Source: a candidate division WWE3 bacterium (lineage in GTDB: Bacteria > Patescibacteriota > WWE3 > UBA101185 > UBA10185). From it: a DNA stretch of 64,000 nucleotides. The first letter of the stretch is position 1. Each line of letters opens with the position of its first letter. Under the pieces are notes generated by a model, which was given only the letters and a program-made list of their open reading frames with translations, had not been told where the DNA came from and did not search any database. The stretch lies in contig JBPOHV010000001.1 in the NCBI GenBank assembly GCA_052035175.1, positions 523,338-587,337 on the forward strand, given 5' to 3'. The position numbers were made by a program, and so were the translations under genes. Shown in pieces: positions 19,744 to 28,688 of the stretch.

Positions 19744-20811
19744 ATGCTAAAGCGAAATCTAACCTTCAAAAGAATAGTTATTACAATATTTATTTTATTG
19801 GTCGCTGTATTTGTTTTCAATTTCAATAAGTCTAAATACACTTCGGCTGTTAAAAAGGTAGAAATTCAAAATAAGGTTGTCGAAAAAACACTTAGCGCAG
19901 ATGGACGCGTAACATCTGAAAAAGAAGCCAAACTTGCTTTTAAATCTTTAGGAACTTTGCAAACTCTGAAAGTAAAAGAAGGGCAATTTGTAAAACAAGG
20001 CGAGCTTTTGGCGATAAAAGATACAACCCAAACTTACCAAGAACTTCAAGCTCTTAAAGACACAAGAGATATTGCCATTAGAGACAAAGATATCTATATC
20101 TTGAACTATGGTGATGATAGAGGTAGTGTCGGAGGAGATGATGTTTATAACGAACAGTTAAGACGTCTAGACGAAATCATCAGCAAGGCAGAAGCAGGGT
20201 ACCAATCGGGTTTATCCAGTCTTGGCGATTTATATGTATATGCACCATTTGATGGAGTGGTAGTAGAAAAAAACTTTAATGAAGGTGAATTAGTCACAGC
20301 AGGAGCTACAGTTATAAAACTTGCAGATATCAACGAACTTTATTTTGAAATGTCTGTAGATCAAGAAGATTTCGCGAGTTTGATTAACGACATGGCAGTA
20401 AAAGTTTCTTTAGACTCTTACACAAACACAGAATTTGATGGTCAAATTTATGATTTACCACAATATATAAGCATAAATGATACAGAAAATATAAACATAA
20501 AGGTAAAGTTTAACGCCAATGAGAAAAAGCCACTTTACGGTATGACCGGTGAAGGTGCGTTAATTTTATATACATCTGGTAAAGAAGTGAATGCATTGGC
20601 TTATGATGAAATAAACTATGACGAAGAAAATAAAGCCTATGTCTGGACAATTGATGATAAAGCAAAGATTTCTAAAACATATATAGAAACAGGATTGGAA
20701 GGAGATATATTTACTGAAATAAAATCTGATGTAAATCAAACTATAGTAATTCCTGCAAATGCACAATCCAAAGTCCAAGAAGATTTTACTGCAACTTTTA
20801 TAAATGAGTAA
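19744..20811 (+). CDS. Periplasmic adaptor (membrane fusion protein, HlyD/MacA-like) of an ABC efflux system
   Basis: 355 aa. N-terminal TM segment. Coiled-coil hairpin and beta-barrel/lipoyl-like segments. First gene of the MFP–ABC ATPase–FtsX-permease operon. Confidence 0.6.
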   Translation: MLKRNLTFKRIVITIFILLVAVFVFNFNKSKYTSAVKKVEIQNKVVEKTLSADGRVTSEKEAKLAFKSLGTLQTLKVKEGQFVKQGELLAIKDTTQTYQELQALKDTRDIAIRDKDIYILNYGDDRGSVGGDDVYNEQLRRLDEIISKAEAGYQSGLSSLGDLYVYAPFDGVVVEKNFNEGELVTAGATVIKLADINELYFEMSVDQEDFASLINDMAVKVSLDSYTNTEFDGQIYDLPQYISINDTENINIKVKFNANEKKPLYGMTGEGALILYTSGKEVNALAYDEINYDEENKAYVWTIDDKAKISKTYIETGLEGDIFTEIKSDVNQTIVIPANAQSKVQEDFTATFINE

Positions 20812-21514
20812 TTCATCACTTTTAAAAACTGAAAGCCTTTATAAATCGTATCTTGTCGGTTCAAAAGACGATGCTAACGCTGTGAAGATAGATGCATTAA
20901 AAAATATAAACATAGAAATTAATCAAGGAGAATTCCTTTCTATAGTAGGCAAATCTGGGTCTGGAAAATCAACGCTGATGCACATAATCGGTTTATTAGA
21001 TACGCCAACATCTGGCAATTTATTCATAAATAAAATAAATGTAACAACTATGAACGAAAAAGAGTTGGCACGAATCAGAAACAAAGAAATTGGGTTTGTT
21101 TTTCAATCTTTTAATTTATTATCTAGAGCGTCAGCTTTAGACAATGTAGTTTTACCATTAAAATATAGTACAACCCCAAAACATTTATGGGAACAAAAAG
21201 CTAATGCTTTGCTAGATTTAGTAGGATTGTCTGAAAGAAAGCTTAATAAATCAAATGAGCTATCTGGTGGACAAAAACAAAGGGTAGCAATAGCAAGAGC
21301 TTTAGTTAATGATCCCTCCATAATCTTGGCAGATGAACCTACAGGAAACTTGGATTCAAAAACTGGAAAAGAAATAATGGCACTTTTTACCGACCTACAC
21401 AAACAGGGTAAAACAATAATCATCGTAACGCATGATAACGATATAGCTATGCAAACAAACAGACAAATAGTAATTTCTGATGGTGAAATATTAGATAGTG
21501 GGGCTAAACAATGA
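20804..21514 (+). CDS. ABC transporter ATP-binding protein (MacB/LolD-type)
   Basis: 236 aa. Walker A (GKSGSGKST). Signature (LSGGQKQRVAIARAL). Walker B (ILADEPTGNLD). Confidence 0.85.
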   Translation: MSNSSLLKTESLYKSYLVGSKDDANAVKIDALKNINIEINQGEFLSIVGKSGSGKSTLMHIIGLLDTPTSGNLFINKINVTTMNEKELARIRNKEIGFVFQSFNLLSRASALDNVVLPLKYSTTPKHLWEQKANALLDLVGLSERKLNKSNELSGGQKQRVAIARALVNDPSIILADEPTGNLDSKTGKEIMALFTDLHKQGKTIIIVTHDNDIAMQTNRQIVISDGEILDSGAKQ

Positions 21515-22716
21515 CATTTATAGAAACATTTGCGACATCCTTAACAGCATTAAAAGCAAATAAAGCTAGGTCATTTTTGACAATGCTAGGCGTAATAATT
21601 GGAGTTTTTGCTGTTGTTACACTTGTATCAATAGGTATAGGATTTCAAAATTATTTAAAATCTCAATTTGATGCGTTGGGTTCTAATTTGATATTTGTTA
21701 TACCAGGAAAAGCCAACTTTGCCGATGATCCTGCAAAATCATTTACTGGAAATAAGCTCGATGAAAAACATCTGGAATTGATTGAAAAATATGCAGGCGA
21801 TTTTTTGAAACAAAGCGATACAGACGGATCATATTTGCTTAGTCCTTCTATACGTGTTGGAAAAAGTGTCGAATTTAAATCAAAAAAATATTATGGAACT
21901 TTGTCGGCTGGTAATGTAAATGCACAATATATATTTAATATCAAAGTAGCAGATGGTAGGTATTTTACAAATAATGAGATCAAAAGCAAAAGCAGAGTAG
22001 CCGTTCTTGGACCAAATGTTGTCGCAGAGTTATTCCCAAATAGATCTCCAATAGGTCAAAAGGTAAATATAGAAAATATAAAATATGATGTCATCGGAGT
22101 ACTAGAAAAGAAAAGTGCAGACTTTGATGACAATATATACGTACCTTACACAAGTGCGATGCAAGATTTTGACATTAAAAACTTTTCTAGCATTGCACTC
22201 AAGTCAAAAAATGAAAACAATGTACAAGAAACTATGCGCGAAGTGAAAACAGCTATGTTACACGATCTTAGTGATGACAGATTTAGCGTTTTGTCGCAAG
22301 AAGATGTACTTTCTTCTATTCAAAACGTATTAAAAATTGTAACTACAGGTATAGGAGCAATCGCAGGGATTTCTTTGATCGTTGGAGGTATAGGTATTAT
22401 GAATATAATGCTAGTTTCAGTTACAGAGCGTATTAAAGAGATCGGATTACGAAAAGCATTGGGTGCTACATCATACAATATTGCGTTGCAGTTTTTAATG
22501 GAATCAGTAGTTTTAAGTGTTAGCGGTGGAGGTATAGGGTTACTACTTGGGTGGCTTGCATCGCTTGCAGCACGGGTTTATGTACAAACGGCTGTTCCTT
22601 GGTGGGCCGTAGCACTCTCATTTGGATTTTCAGTGTTAGTTGGTATGATTTTTGGCACTTACCCAGCTATTCAAGCTAGCAAAAAAGATCCTATAGAGGC
22701 GTTGAGATACGAATAA
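21511..22716 (+). CDS. ABC transporter permease (MacB/FtsX family)
   Basis: 401 aa. N-terminal TM segment plus a periplasmic MacB_PCD-like domain. C-terminal FtsX 3-TM module. Overlaps the ATPase gene by 4 bp. Confidence 0.75.
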   Translation: MTFIETFATSLTALKANKARSFLTMLGVIIGVFAVVTLVSIGIGFQNYLKSQFDALGSNLIFVIPGKANFADDPAKSFTGNKLDEKHLELIEKYAGDFLKQSDTDGSYLLSPSIRVGKSVEFKSKKYYGTLSAGNVNAQYIFNIKVADGRYFTNNEIKSKSRVAVLGPNVVAELFPNRSPIGQKVNIENIKYDVIGVLEKKSADFDDNIYVPYTSAMQDFDIKNFSSIALKSKNENNVQETMREVKTAMLHDLSDDRFSVLSQEDVLSSIQNVLKIVTTGIGAIAGISLIVGGIGIMNIMLVSVTERIKEIGLRKALGATSYNIALQFLMESVVLSVSGGGIGLLLGWLASLAARVYVQTAVPWWAVALSFGFSVLVGMIFGTYPAIQASKKDPIEALRYE

Positions 22717-22721
22717 AGCGG

Positions 22722-23162
22722 TTATAGTTTGACTTGCTTGATGTTATAGATCGCATTGTTCGAGAGGTAAGTATTATTCAAAGCTTGTGTTAGATCTGTC
22801 TCGTTATAAAATACTTTCCATACATAACCTTTTGGAAGGCTTATGTTATTCACATCGTCGATTACAGTCCCATATGTATATTCTGTCTTTTCAAAAACAA
22901 ATTTTATGTTTTCATCTTCACGCAATTCATTGATAGCATCCATCACGCTATCGTTGCTTTTTTGCTCAACTTCATACATAGAATCATTTACTTTGATAGT
23001 TACTTTAACTTTTTCTATTTTTTGAGCTTTTTCTATTTCTGGGGCATCCATAACTTTGACTTCGTCTGTAGCCAACGTTAAATTTACTATAAATGCTGCG
23101 ATTATCAGCAAACCTATATAGATTGGAAAATATAATTGCTTATTTATATTAGGAATCACCAC
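22722..23162 (-). CDS. Hypothetical exported/membrane-anchored protein
   Basis: 146 aa with an N-terminal TM or signal segment. No recognisable motifs. Confidence 0.35.
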   Translation of the reverse strand: MVIPNINKQLYFPIYIGLLIIAAFIVNLTLATDEVKVMDAPEIEKAQKIEKVKVTIKVNDSMYEVEQKSNDSVMDAINELREDENIKFVFEKTEYTYGTVIDDVNNISLPKGYVWKVFYNETDLTQALNNTYLSNNAIYNIKQVKL

Positions 23163-23236
23163 TATCTAATTCTAGCAGATAATTTATAGACAGGTCAGAC
23201 TTGGTCTAGTAACCGTAGTATAATACTGTGAGTTAA

Positions 23237-23312
23237 GCTCCTGTAGCTCAGCGGATAGAGCACTCGTCTTCGGAACGAGGTGTCGGGGGTTCAAGTCCCT
23301 CCAGGAGCACCA
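23237..23312 (+). tRNA. tRNA-Arg (anticodon TCG), CCA encoded
   Basis: Cloverleaf folds cleanly: acceptor gctcctg/caggagc, D-arm tagctcagcggatagagc, anticodon stem ctcgt/acgag with loop cttcgga, T-arm ggggg-ttcaagt-ccctc. A possible -10 tataat lies at 23219-23224. Confidence 0.85.
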
Positions 23313-23350
23313 GTAGACCTGGCCAGATCGGCTCGTGTATGATCTAACAT

Positions 23351-23896
23351 ATGAAATTTTTAAAAGACTTACTAATAATAGATTTTGAAGCCACAGGTGC
23401 ACAACCTAGCATAGATCAACCTATTCAATTGGCAGCTATTCTTTTGGATAAAGAAACATTACAAGAGAAAAAGTCATTCAGTACCAAGATTAAAGCAGAT
23501 TTATCTATAACGACTGATGATGAAGTCAAAGAAATAATATCTGGGTTTTCACAAACCGACTTGGATGCAGCTCCAACAAAGGCCGAAACTGCAAAAATGT
23601 TTGTTGATACTTTTGGGCTTAATGATTATCTTTTATCTGCATGGGTAATGAATTTGGACGATAGATATATGGAAAAGGTTTTGACCGAAGGTGGTTATAA
23701 TTTTGATGAGCTTGATTACCATAAGATGGACCTTTTCCCAATTGTATATACTTATTTAGTGAAGTCAGGTTATACAGGTGGTATTAGAACCAAAAACATA
23801 TATAGCTACTTTGGTGTTGAACGTGGTGCACAACACGACGCCCTTGAAGACTGCCGCATAAGCGCAGAAATCTTGCGTAAAGTGATGCTGGCTTAA
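23351..23896 (+). CDS. DEDDh 3'-5' exonuclease (DnaQ/RNase T superfamily)
   Basis: 181 aa. Exo I motif (IIDFEATG). Exo III motif (HDALEDCRISAEI). Confidence 0.65.
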   Translation: MKFLKDLLIIDFEATGAQPSIDQPIQLAAILLDKETLQEKKSFSTKIKADLSITTDDEVKEIISGFSQTDLDAAPTKAETAKMFVDTFGLNDYLLSAWVMNLDDRYMEKVLTEGGYNFDELDYHKMDLFPIVYTYLVKSGYTGGIRTKNIYSYFGVERGAQHDALEDCRISAEILRKVMLA

Positions 23897-23926
23897 ATAT
23901 ATATAGTATAATTTGCCTGTAACTCG

Positions 23927-24001
23927 GGGGGTGTAGCTCAGTGGTAGAGCAGCGGCCTCTTAAGCCGCGTGTCGAGGGTCCGATCCCCTCCACCCTCACC
24001 A
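23927..24001 (+). tRNA. tRNA-Lys (anticodon CTT), CCA encoded; its 3' end serves as an integration site
   Basis: Acceptor gggggtg/caccctc (one G·U pair). D-arm gctcagtggtagagc. Anticodon stem gcggc/gccgc with loop ctcttaa. T-arm gaggg-tccgatc-ccctc. A -10 tataat lies at 23907-23912. Confidence 0.85.
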
Positions 24002-24018
24002 TTTAAACAAATTATTCC
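23982..24018 (+). repeat. Direct repeat DR-L (attL-like): tRNA-Lys 3' end plus 17-nt flank
   Basis: The 37-mer gatcccctccaccctcaccatttaaacaaattattcc recurs at 29658-29694 with 35 of 37 identical. Its first 20 nt also recur at 24130-24149. Confidence 0.7.
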
Positions 24019-24039
24019 GTTGTTACAATTTTATAGATG

Positions 24040-25446
24040 TTAAGTTATAGGTAAGGGATCGGATGCCGGACCCCGCTTAGCGGGGGAGGCGGGATCGACG
24101 GGCGAGCTAGCAAGCGAGAACCGGTGATCGATCCCCTCCACCCTCACCAATAGATGAGATGCGTTGTCCACGCCACCCTGCTTAAAGCGGAACAGCGTGC
24201 TTAAAGTTGGTGTTTTAAATCCCGGATATTGATAATAGAGGTTTTCAGGAAAAATAATCTTTTGTAGTTCTGTTTTTCTTTCGAACGACAGCTTTTCCCA
24301 CAGAGTTCTAGGATTTTGGTACAACCGAGAAATCTCATACTCAAATTTCGCATTTTCAAACTTTAAATTTTCGTTTTTATTTAATTTTAGATATTTACCC
24401 TTCGTGAGAAACAAAAGCGCGTTTACGGAGCTCCTAAGCGGTCTGATTTCATCTAGTAGTGACTTAAACTCAGACTCAAGAACATCTTTATGAACAGTTT
24501 TTCCTTTAGTTATGGGGTAATAGTATGGATAATGTTTTGTCTTGCCCTTGCACCAGGAACCAGTGAAGCTAGTATTAGATATTGCACACTTAACTAAAAC
24601 TCTTAATGGAAAGTCATCTTTTCTATAACTTTTGGGTTTACCAAGGGGTTTCGATGCCGCAAGTTTTTGTAATTTATCCCACTCATGGTCAGTAAACATA
24701 GCATCATGTTTTCCTTCGTAGATGTTTTCAGTCTTCTTAAATTTAATTACACCCTTGTAAAAGGGATTTCTAATAAACTTACCTACAAAATTGGAGCCTA
24801 CTTTTTTCCCACTTTTGGTTTTTATGCCACTTTCATTTAAATGTTTAGCAATTTCTTGAAAAGAGTAACTGCCTGTCAAATATAGATGGCCAGCATCCTT
24901 TAGTATCGAAAAATTTGGTTCATCTCTTATCGGCACCCTATGATCTTGACCTATATGCTCTAATCTATATCCAATTGGAGGCACGCTTACCGGATAACCT
25001 GCTTGAACGCGCTTTTTTATACCGTCACGGGCCCGCTCAGCTCTAATTGCATTATCTAGTTTGGCTTGGGCAGCAATTAACGTTTCAATAAACTCCCCCA
25101 TAGGTGTATTATCCGTAAACTCTGTAGCTGACTTAATAACTACGCCATAATCTTGTAATCGTCGTTTTATGTCTAAATAATCAATTGTGTTGCGTGATAG
25201 CCGATCTAGTCTGTACACAATCAAGTGTGTTATTTTACCTTTAGATTTTCTGCAGTACTCCAGTAGTCTTATAAGTTCTGGGCGTTCCGCAGTTGCTGCC
25301 GATTTTCCTTCATCTCGAAATATTTCAATAATTTCAAGCTCCTGTAATGCACTGTAGTTACGACAGTAATCTTCCTGATTTGATAACGAAAAATTATTTA
25401 CTTGTTCTTCACTGCTTACTCGGAGATAAGCTATAGCTTTTTTCAT
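24040..25446 (-). CDS. Large serine recombinase (resolvase/invertase catalytic domain + recombinase domain)
   Basis: 468 aa. Catalytic serine motif (AIAYLRVSSEEQ). DEGKSA, LIVYRLDRLSRN and the dimerisation helix are present. The C-terminal ~35 aa are Pro/Ser/Ala-rich and are encoded by a GC-rich segment that contains the extra att-core copy at 24130-24149. Confidence 0.8.
   Translation of the reverse strand: MKKAIAYLRVSSEEQVNNFSLSNQEDYCRNYSALQELEIIEIFRDEGKSAATAERPELIRLLEYCRKSKGKITHLIVYRLDRLSRNTIDYLDIKRRLQDYGVVIKSATEFTDNTPMGEFIETLIAAQAKLDNAIRAERARDGIKKRVQAGYPVSVPPIGYRLEHIGQDHRVPIRDEPNFSILKDAGHLYLTGSYSFQEIAKHLNESGIKTKSGKKVGSNFVGKFIRNPFYKGVIKFKKTENIYEGKHDAMFTDHEWDKLQKLAASKPLGKPKSYRKDDFPLRVLVKCAISNTSFTGSWCKGKTKHYPYYYPITKGKTVHKDVLESEFKSLLDEIRPLRSSVNALLFLTKGKYLKLNKNENLKFENAKFEYEISRLYQNPRTLWEKLSFERKTELQKIIFPENLYYQYPGFKTPTLSTLFRFKQGGVDNASHLLVRVEGIDHRFSLASSPVDPASPAKRGPASDPLPIT
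24130..24149 (+). repeat. Third copy of the 20-nt tRNA-Lys 3' end (gatcccctccaccctcacca) inside the recombinase C-terminal coding region
   Basis: Exact 20-nt match to 23982-24001. It is not part of a foldable tRNA. Confidence 0.6.
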
Positions 25447-25902
25447 AAAAACAGCCGCACTGGTAGTTGTAAACAGAACCTAAGGCACTGTTAACCAATG
25501 CGGCCATTTTAATACCCTAGACTTAACTGCTTACAACTTAATCAATTATAAACTAAGGGACTTGACACTCAAACTTCCTAACATGCTAGTATATGGCAGC
25601 TCAATTTGAGCTCGATGGCCCTACCTACACAGGGTGGCTTTAGCCAAGGGTGTAGGCCGACCGTAGCGAACGAAACGACCGACGGGTGAAAACGGGTCAG
25701 TTTATCTGACTATATGCTCTTAGGTTTTACACTTAAGAGATGAGAAACCTCAGACGAAATACTCAAAAGTTCTTAAAAGTTATTTTTTGACGAGCTTGCG
25801 AGTCGTCTAGGAGATATCCTGAGGGAGTGAGGGAAGCGAAGGGAGGACCCCCGGAGTTGTGCGTATAGGGGCGAAGGGGGTTTGGGGGATGTCGTGACAT
25901 CG
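25447..25902. other. GC-rich 455-bp non-coding region between the recombinase gene and a cargo gene; candidate structured RNA or att/regulatory region
   Basis: No ORF. Nested hairpins (cctacac...gtgtagg at 25621-25653; gacga...tcgtc at ~25790-25808). Purine-rich block GAGGGAGTGAGGGAAGCGAAGGGAGGACCCCCGGAG at 25821-25855. Confidence 0.35.
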
Positions 25903-26277
25903 TTAACTTTGATACACACCAGTTATTTTATTTAGCTCCTGGATATATTTAAGTCTAGTTAAATAGTCAGGCAATTTAACTCCACCAATAATTTGGTACG
26001 CGTATAAACCCTCGGTAACCACCTCCATGTATTTTTCCAATACATCTGATACTACCAATGCCTCAGATAAAGCTTTTCTGAAATTAAGCCTATTTAAGTT
26101 TTGTGAAGAAATAACTGCTGCGGATTTACGGTTTTTCACATTGTAAAAACGTTCAGTAGAACTGACAGGATCAAAAGGTTTCCCATCTTTCACCCTGTTT
26201 GCAATATCTTTAATTACAAGCTGTTGTTTTATACTGAGACCAAATGGATTGCTAATATTTCTAGTTACTCTAGGCAT
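25903..26277 (-). CDS. Hypothetical protein (element cargo); weak resemblance to a terminase-small-subunit-type HTH
   Basis: 124-aa ORF. The N-terminal segment LSIKQQLVIKDI is HTH-like. This is weak evidence. Confidence 0.35.
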   Translation of the reverse strand: MPRVTRNISNPFGLSIKQQLVIKDIANRVKDGKPFDPVSSTERFYNVKNRKSAAVISSQNLNRLNFRKALSEALVVSDVLEKYMEVVTEGLYAYQIIGGVKLPDYLTRLKYIQELNKITGVYQS

Positions 26278-26336
26278 TTATATATTATACAATCTAGTTT
26301 TTTACTAAAATGCCACAAAAGAGGTAATATGTTCCT

Positions 26337-27485
26337 ATGTTGGACACAAATAACTATAGAAAATCTGACAAATGGTTAAGGCTAAGGTTATTAAATAGTA
26401 ACCTTGTAAGCCTTACGACTAACACCGATATTGAGGCAGAGTACTGGGGAGTTATCGAGTATATATCTGAAATAGAAGAGGCAGGAGTTAACTTCTTAAT
26501 TAGTAGAGGATACAATCGCAAAGATGCTAAACAGAACTATAAAGTTTTAAACTCCTACGTAAGACAAGCAAAAAATTATTACCTTACCGCGAAGAGCTTG
26601 CAGTACAGGTCAGCCCCTTTGATGTACTATTACTCCTTTCTTAATCTAGCAAAAGCATTTCTGTTAGTTAACGACATACACTATAAAGAAGTAAAGATTA
26701 AACACGGTCTCATTTATAAATACCCCGGAAAGCGCGATATCAATAAACAAAATGTGATTTCCGCAGACTCAGCCAATGAAGTCTTTCCTAGACTATATAA
26801 ATTATGGTTCGGACAACCACTAGAGTTGAAATCGTTTAGTATCCTTACTTTACTGGGCTACTGTAGCGAGATAGCATACCAGTATGAAAAGGCGAAACTT
26901 GGAAATAGAAGAGTAGATCCAGCACTATATGTAGGCGTTTCAGACTCAAAATTAAAAACTTCTTGGGCATTGTTGGGCTTGTCTAACTTTGATGAACTAA
27001 AAAAGTATAAAAAGACTACTAAAACACTAACTAGTAATTTCTCTATAGTGTCGCCCCCTCAACATGTACTCAGAGAAATGTTTGATATGAATGCTTGGGA
27101 ACTAGCAAACTTTACTTTCTTGCAGTCCAATAAAACTCTCCCATGGTTATCCGATAATGTACCGGCACCTACAAATACACAAGTCTTTGGTGCTCTTAAA
27201 AATTTATATCAGGTAAACTATTTTTCGGGAAACTTCGACTTTTTCACAAGATTACCTTATCAACCTAACAATCAAAAGGATATGGATGAGAGCATGGCAA
27301 CCTATATAATATTATTTTTCTTATCAAATCTAGTTAGATACTGGCCTTCAGTTTTGGAGTCATATTTGCTGGCTAGGGATACATGGTTAATTGAAGGCTT
27401 TATACGGTCATGCCCACATACATTACTACGAGCATTTATTTCGAGGATTGTAAATGAGGATGTGGTAATAACTTCAAAAGACTAA
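26337..27485 (+). CDS. Hypothetical protein (element cargo)
   Basis: 382-aa ORF with no confidently recognisable domain. Confidence 0.45.
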   Translation: MLDTNNYRKSDKWLRLRLLNSNLVSLTTNTDIEAEYWGVIEYISEIEEAGVNFLISRGYNRKDAKQNYKVLNSYVRQAKNYYLTAKSLQYRSAPLMYYYSFLNLAKAFLLVNDIHYKEVKIKHGLIYKYPGKRDINKQNVISADSANEVFPRLYKLWFGQPLELKSFSILTLLGYCSEIAYQYEKAKLGNRRVDPALYVGVSDSKLKTSWALLGLSNFDELKKYKKTTKTLTSNFSIVSPPQHVLREMFDMNAWELANFTFLQSNKTLPWLSDNVPAPTNTQVFGALKNLYQVNYFSGNFDFFTRLPYQPNNQKDMDESMATYIILFFLSNLVRYWPSVLESYLLARDTWLIEGFIRSCPHTLLRAFISRIVNEDVVITSKD

Positions 27486-27491
27486 AAGGGA

Positions 27492-28526
27492 CTAAACCAT
27501 AAAAGTATCCCGTATAGCCGTAAACTCTGAAACCGCTTTGAAGTAGCTCTCTAATTGCATGTAACTCCTAAACCGAAAGTTTTCTTTATTTTTATAATAC
27601 GGATCTGTATTTATAAACTTCTCATATAGGTGGAAGTCCTTATTGGAAGCTATGATAAAGAGTTTTGTAGATAGCGGGCTTAGTTGACACAAGCGCTGCA
27701 TACCGCTTAATATTTTAGTGCTATGCTCAACCTCAAAGGCTGCCACAGGGACTTCGTCTCTTAACCAAATGACGTCAATTTGATTTACTAGTTTTAATAT
27801 ATCCTCACCTAGAAATCTTTTGGGCACTTCCCGTAACGAGATGTAGTCTAGTAATTTTTCTCCAAAAGCTTCTACGCTTTTATCCGGACAATATGTATCA
27901 AAGCCAAGCAGTTTACCTATTTTTAACAATAACAATTGGGCTTCAGCATGGGCACTGATATGATTTTCTTCTTCCAAGTCGCTTTCTGCAGCAGAAGTAT
28001 CAGACGAGTAATGATGCGCAAACGAGTCTAAATCACCAAATTTAGACAAAATCGCCGCAAGTCCTTGCTCGTTTATAGGCATAAAACCTTGGACAATCAT
28101 ATTTCTGCTGTATCCAGCAAAATCCGCAATATCTGTGATTGGTATATAAACAGGCTTGAGGTCGTTTAAAAAGAAAATACAAGTCCAGGGCTCTTCACCT
28201 TTCTTAGGGGGCCATAATGACACGCCCAAATCAGCACTATGTTGCTTAAAAAGCAATTTACCCGCATAGACAAGTTTTCCTTCTCGTTCTTTACCTTCTC
28301 TTCCCTTATAAAATAGAACTAAGTCTCCAGGTTCCAACTTTTCCCAGGAGCTTTTTTTAGAGTCTTTTGTACCCCACGCAAAAATTTTAGCCTCTTTTGA
28401 AAGAAGATCCTTACCCTCTCTAGTCAGATGGGGCTCGATTATAGAGTAATCGACACCGTTATCGATTGTACTTAAAAAGTTTTTATAGGAGGTTTCGTTG
28501 GATCTCGGTGCCAAAAATATGTTCAC
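27492..28526 (-). CDS. PUA-like (EVE/ASCH-type) domain protein with a possible C-terminal PD-(D/E)xK nuclease domain
   Basis: 344 aa. The N-terminal region (IFAWGT...WEKLEPGDLVLFYKG...KLVYAGKL...PVYIP) resembles the EVE GDLVLFYHS hallmark. The C-terminal segment (IDVIWLRDEVPVAAFEVEHSTK) is compatible with a restriction-endonuclease-like D...E-x-E...K core. Confidence 0.4.
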   Translation of the reverse strand: MNIFLAPRSNETSYKNFLSTIDNGVDYSIIEPHLTREGKDLLSKEAKIFAWGTKDSKKSSWEKLEPGDLVLFYKGREGKEREGKLVYAGKLLFKQHSADLGVSLWPPKKGEEPWTCIFFLNDLKPVYIPITDIADFAGYSRNMIVQGFMPINEQGLAAILSKFGDLDSFAHHYSSDTSAAESDLEEENHISAHAEAQLLLLKIGKLLGFDTYCPDKSVEAFGEKLLDYISLREVPKRFLGEDILKLVNQIDVIWLRDEVPVAAFEVEHSTKILSGMQRLCQLSPLSTKLFIIASNKDFHLYEKFINTDPYYKNKENFRFRSYMQLESYFKAVSEFTAIRDTFMV

Positions 28527-28688
28527 AAAGCTATTTTACCACTATAGCCTCGAAAATGAGCGATTTTAAAAAATATTGTAAATTTAGGAGTGCGGTTTTA
28601 GCCAGTTGTATTTCTTGTAGGGACAAGTACACACATGCCCCCCTATAGTTAGTTATAGAAGGAGAAACCAACGTTATATAATAGATTT

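Noticed and set aside
23184-23402. 72-aa minus-strand ORF overlapping tRNA-Arg
   Set aside because: It lies entirely antisense to a well-folding tRNA. This is a typical spurious ORF.
23784-24002. 72-aa minus-strand ORF overlapping tRNA-Lys
   Set aside because: It is antisense to the tRNA and its GC-rich composition comes from the tRNA sequence itself.
24040-24150. Possible second tRNA or tRNA-like gene on the plus strand ending ...ccctccaccctcacca
   Set aside because: Only the last ~22 nt match tRNA-Lys. No T-stem or acceptor pairing partner exists upstream. It is interpreted as an att-core copy within the recombinase coding region.
25447-25902. Retron or group II intron in the GC-rich non-coding region
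   Set aside because: There is no reverse-transcriptase ORF nearby and no recognisable domain V or msr/msd inverted repeats. It is left as an unclassified candidate structured region.
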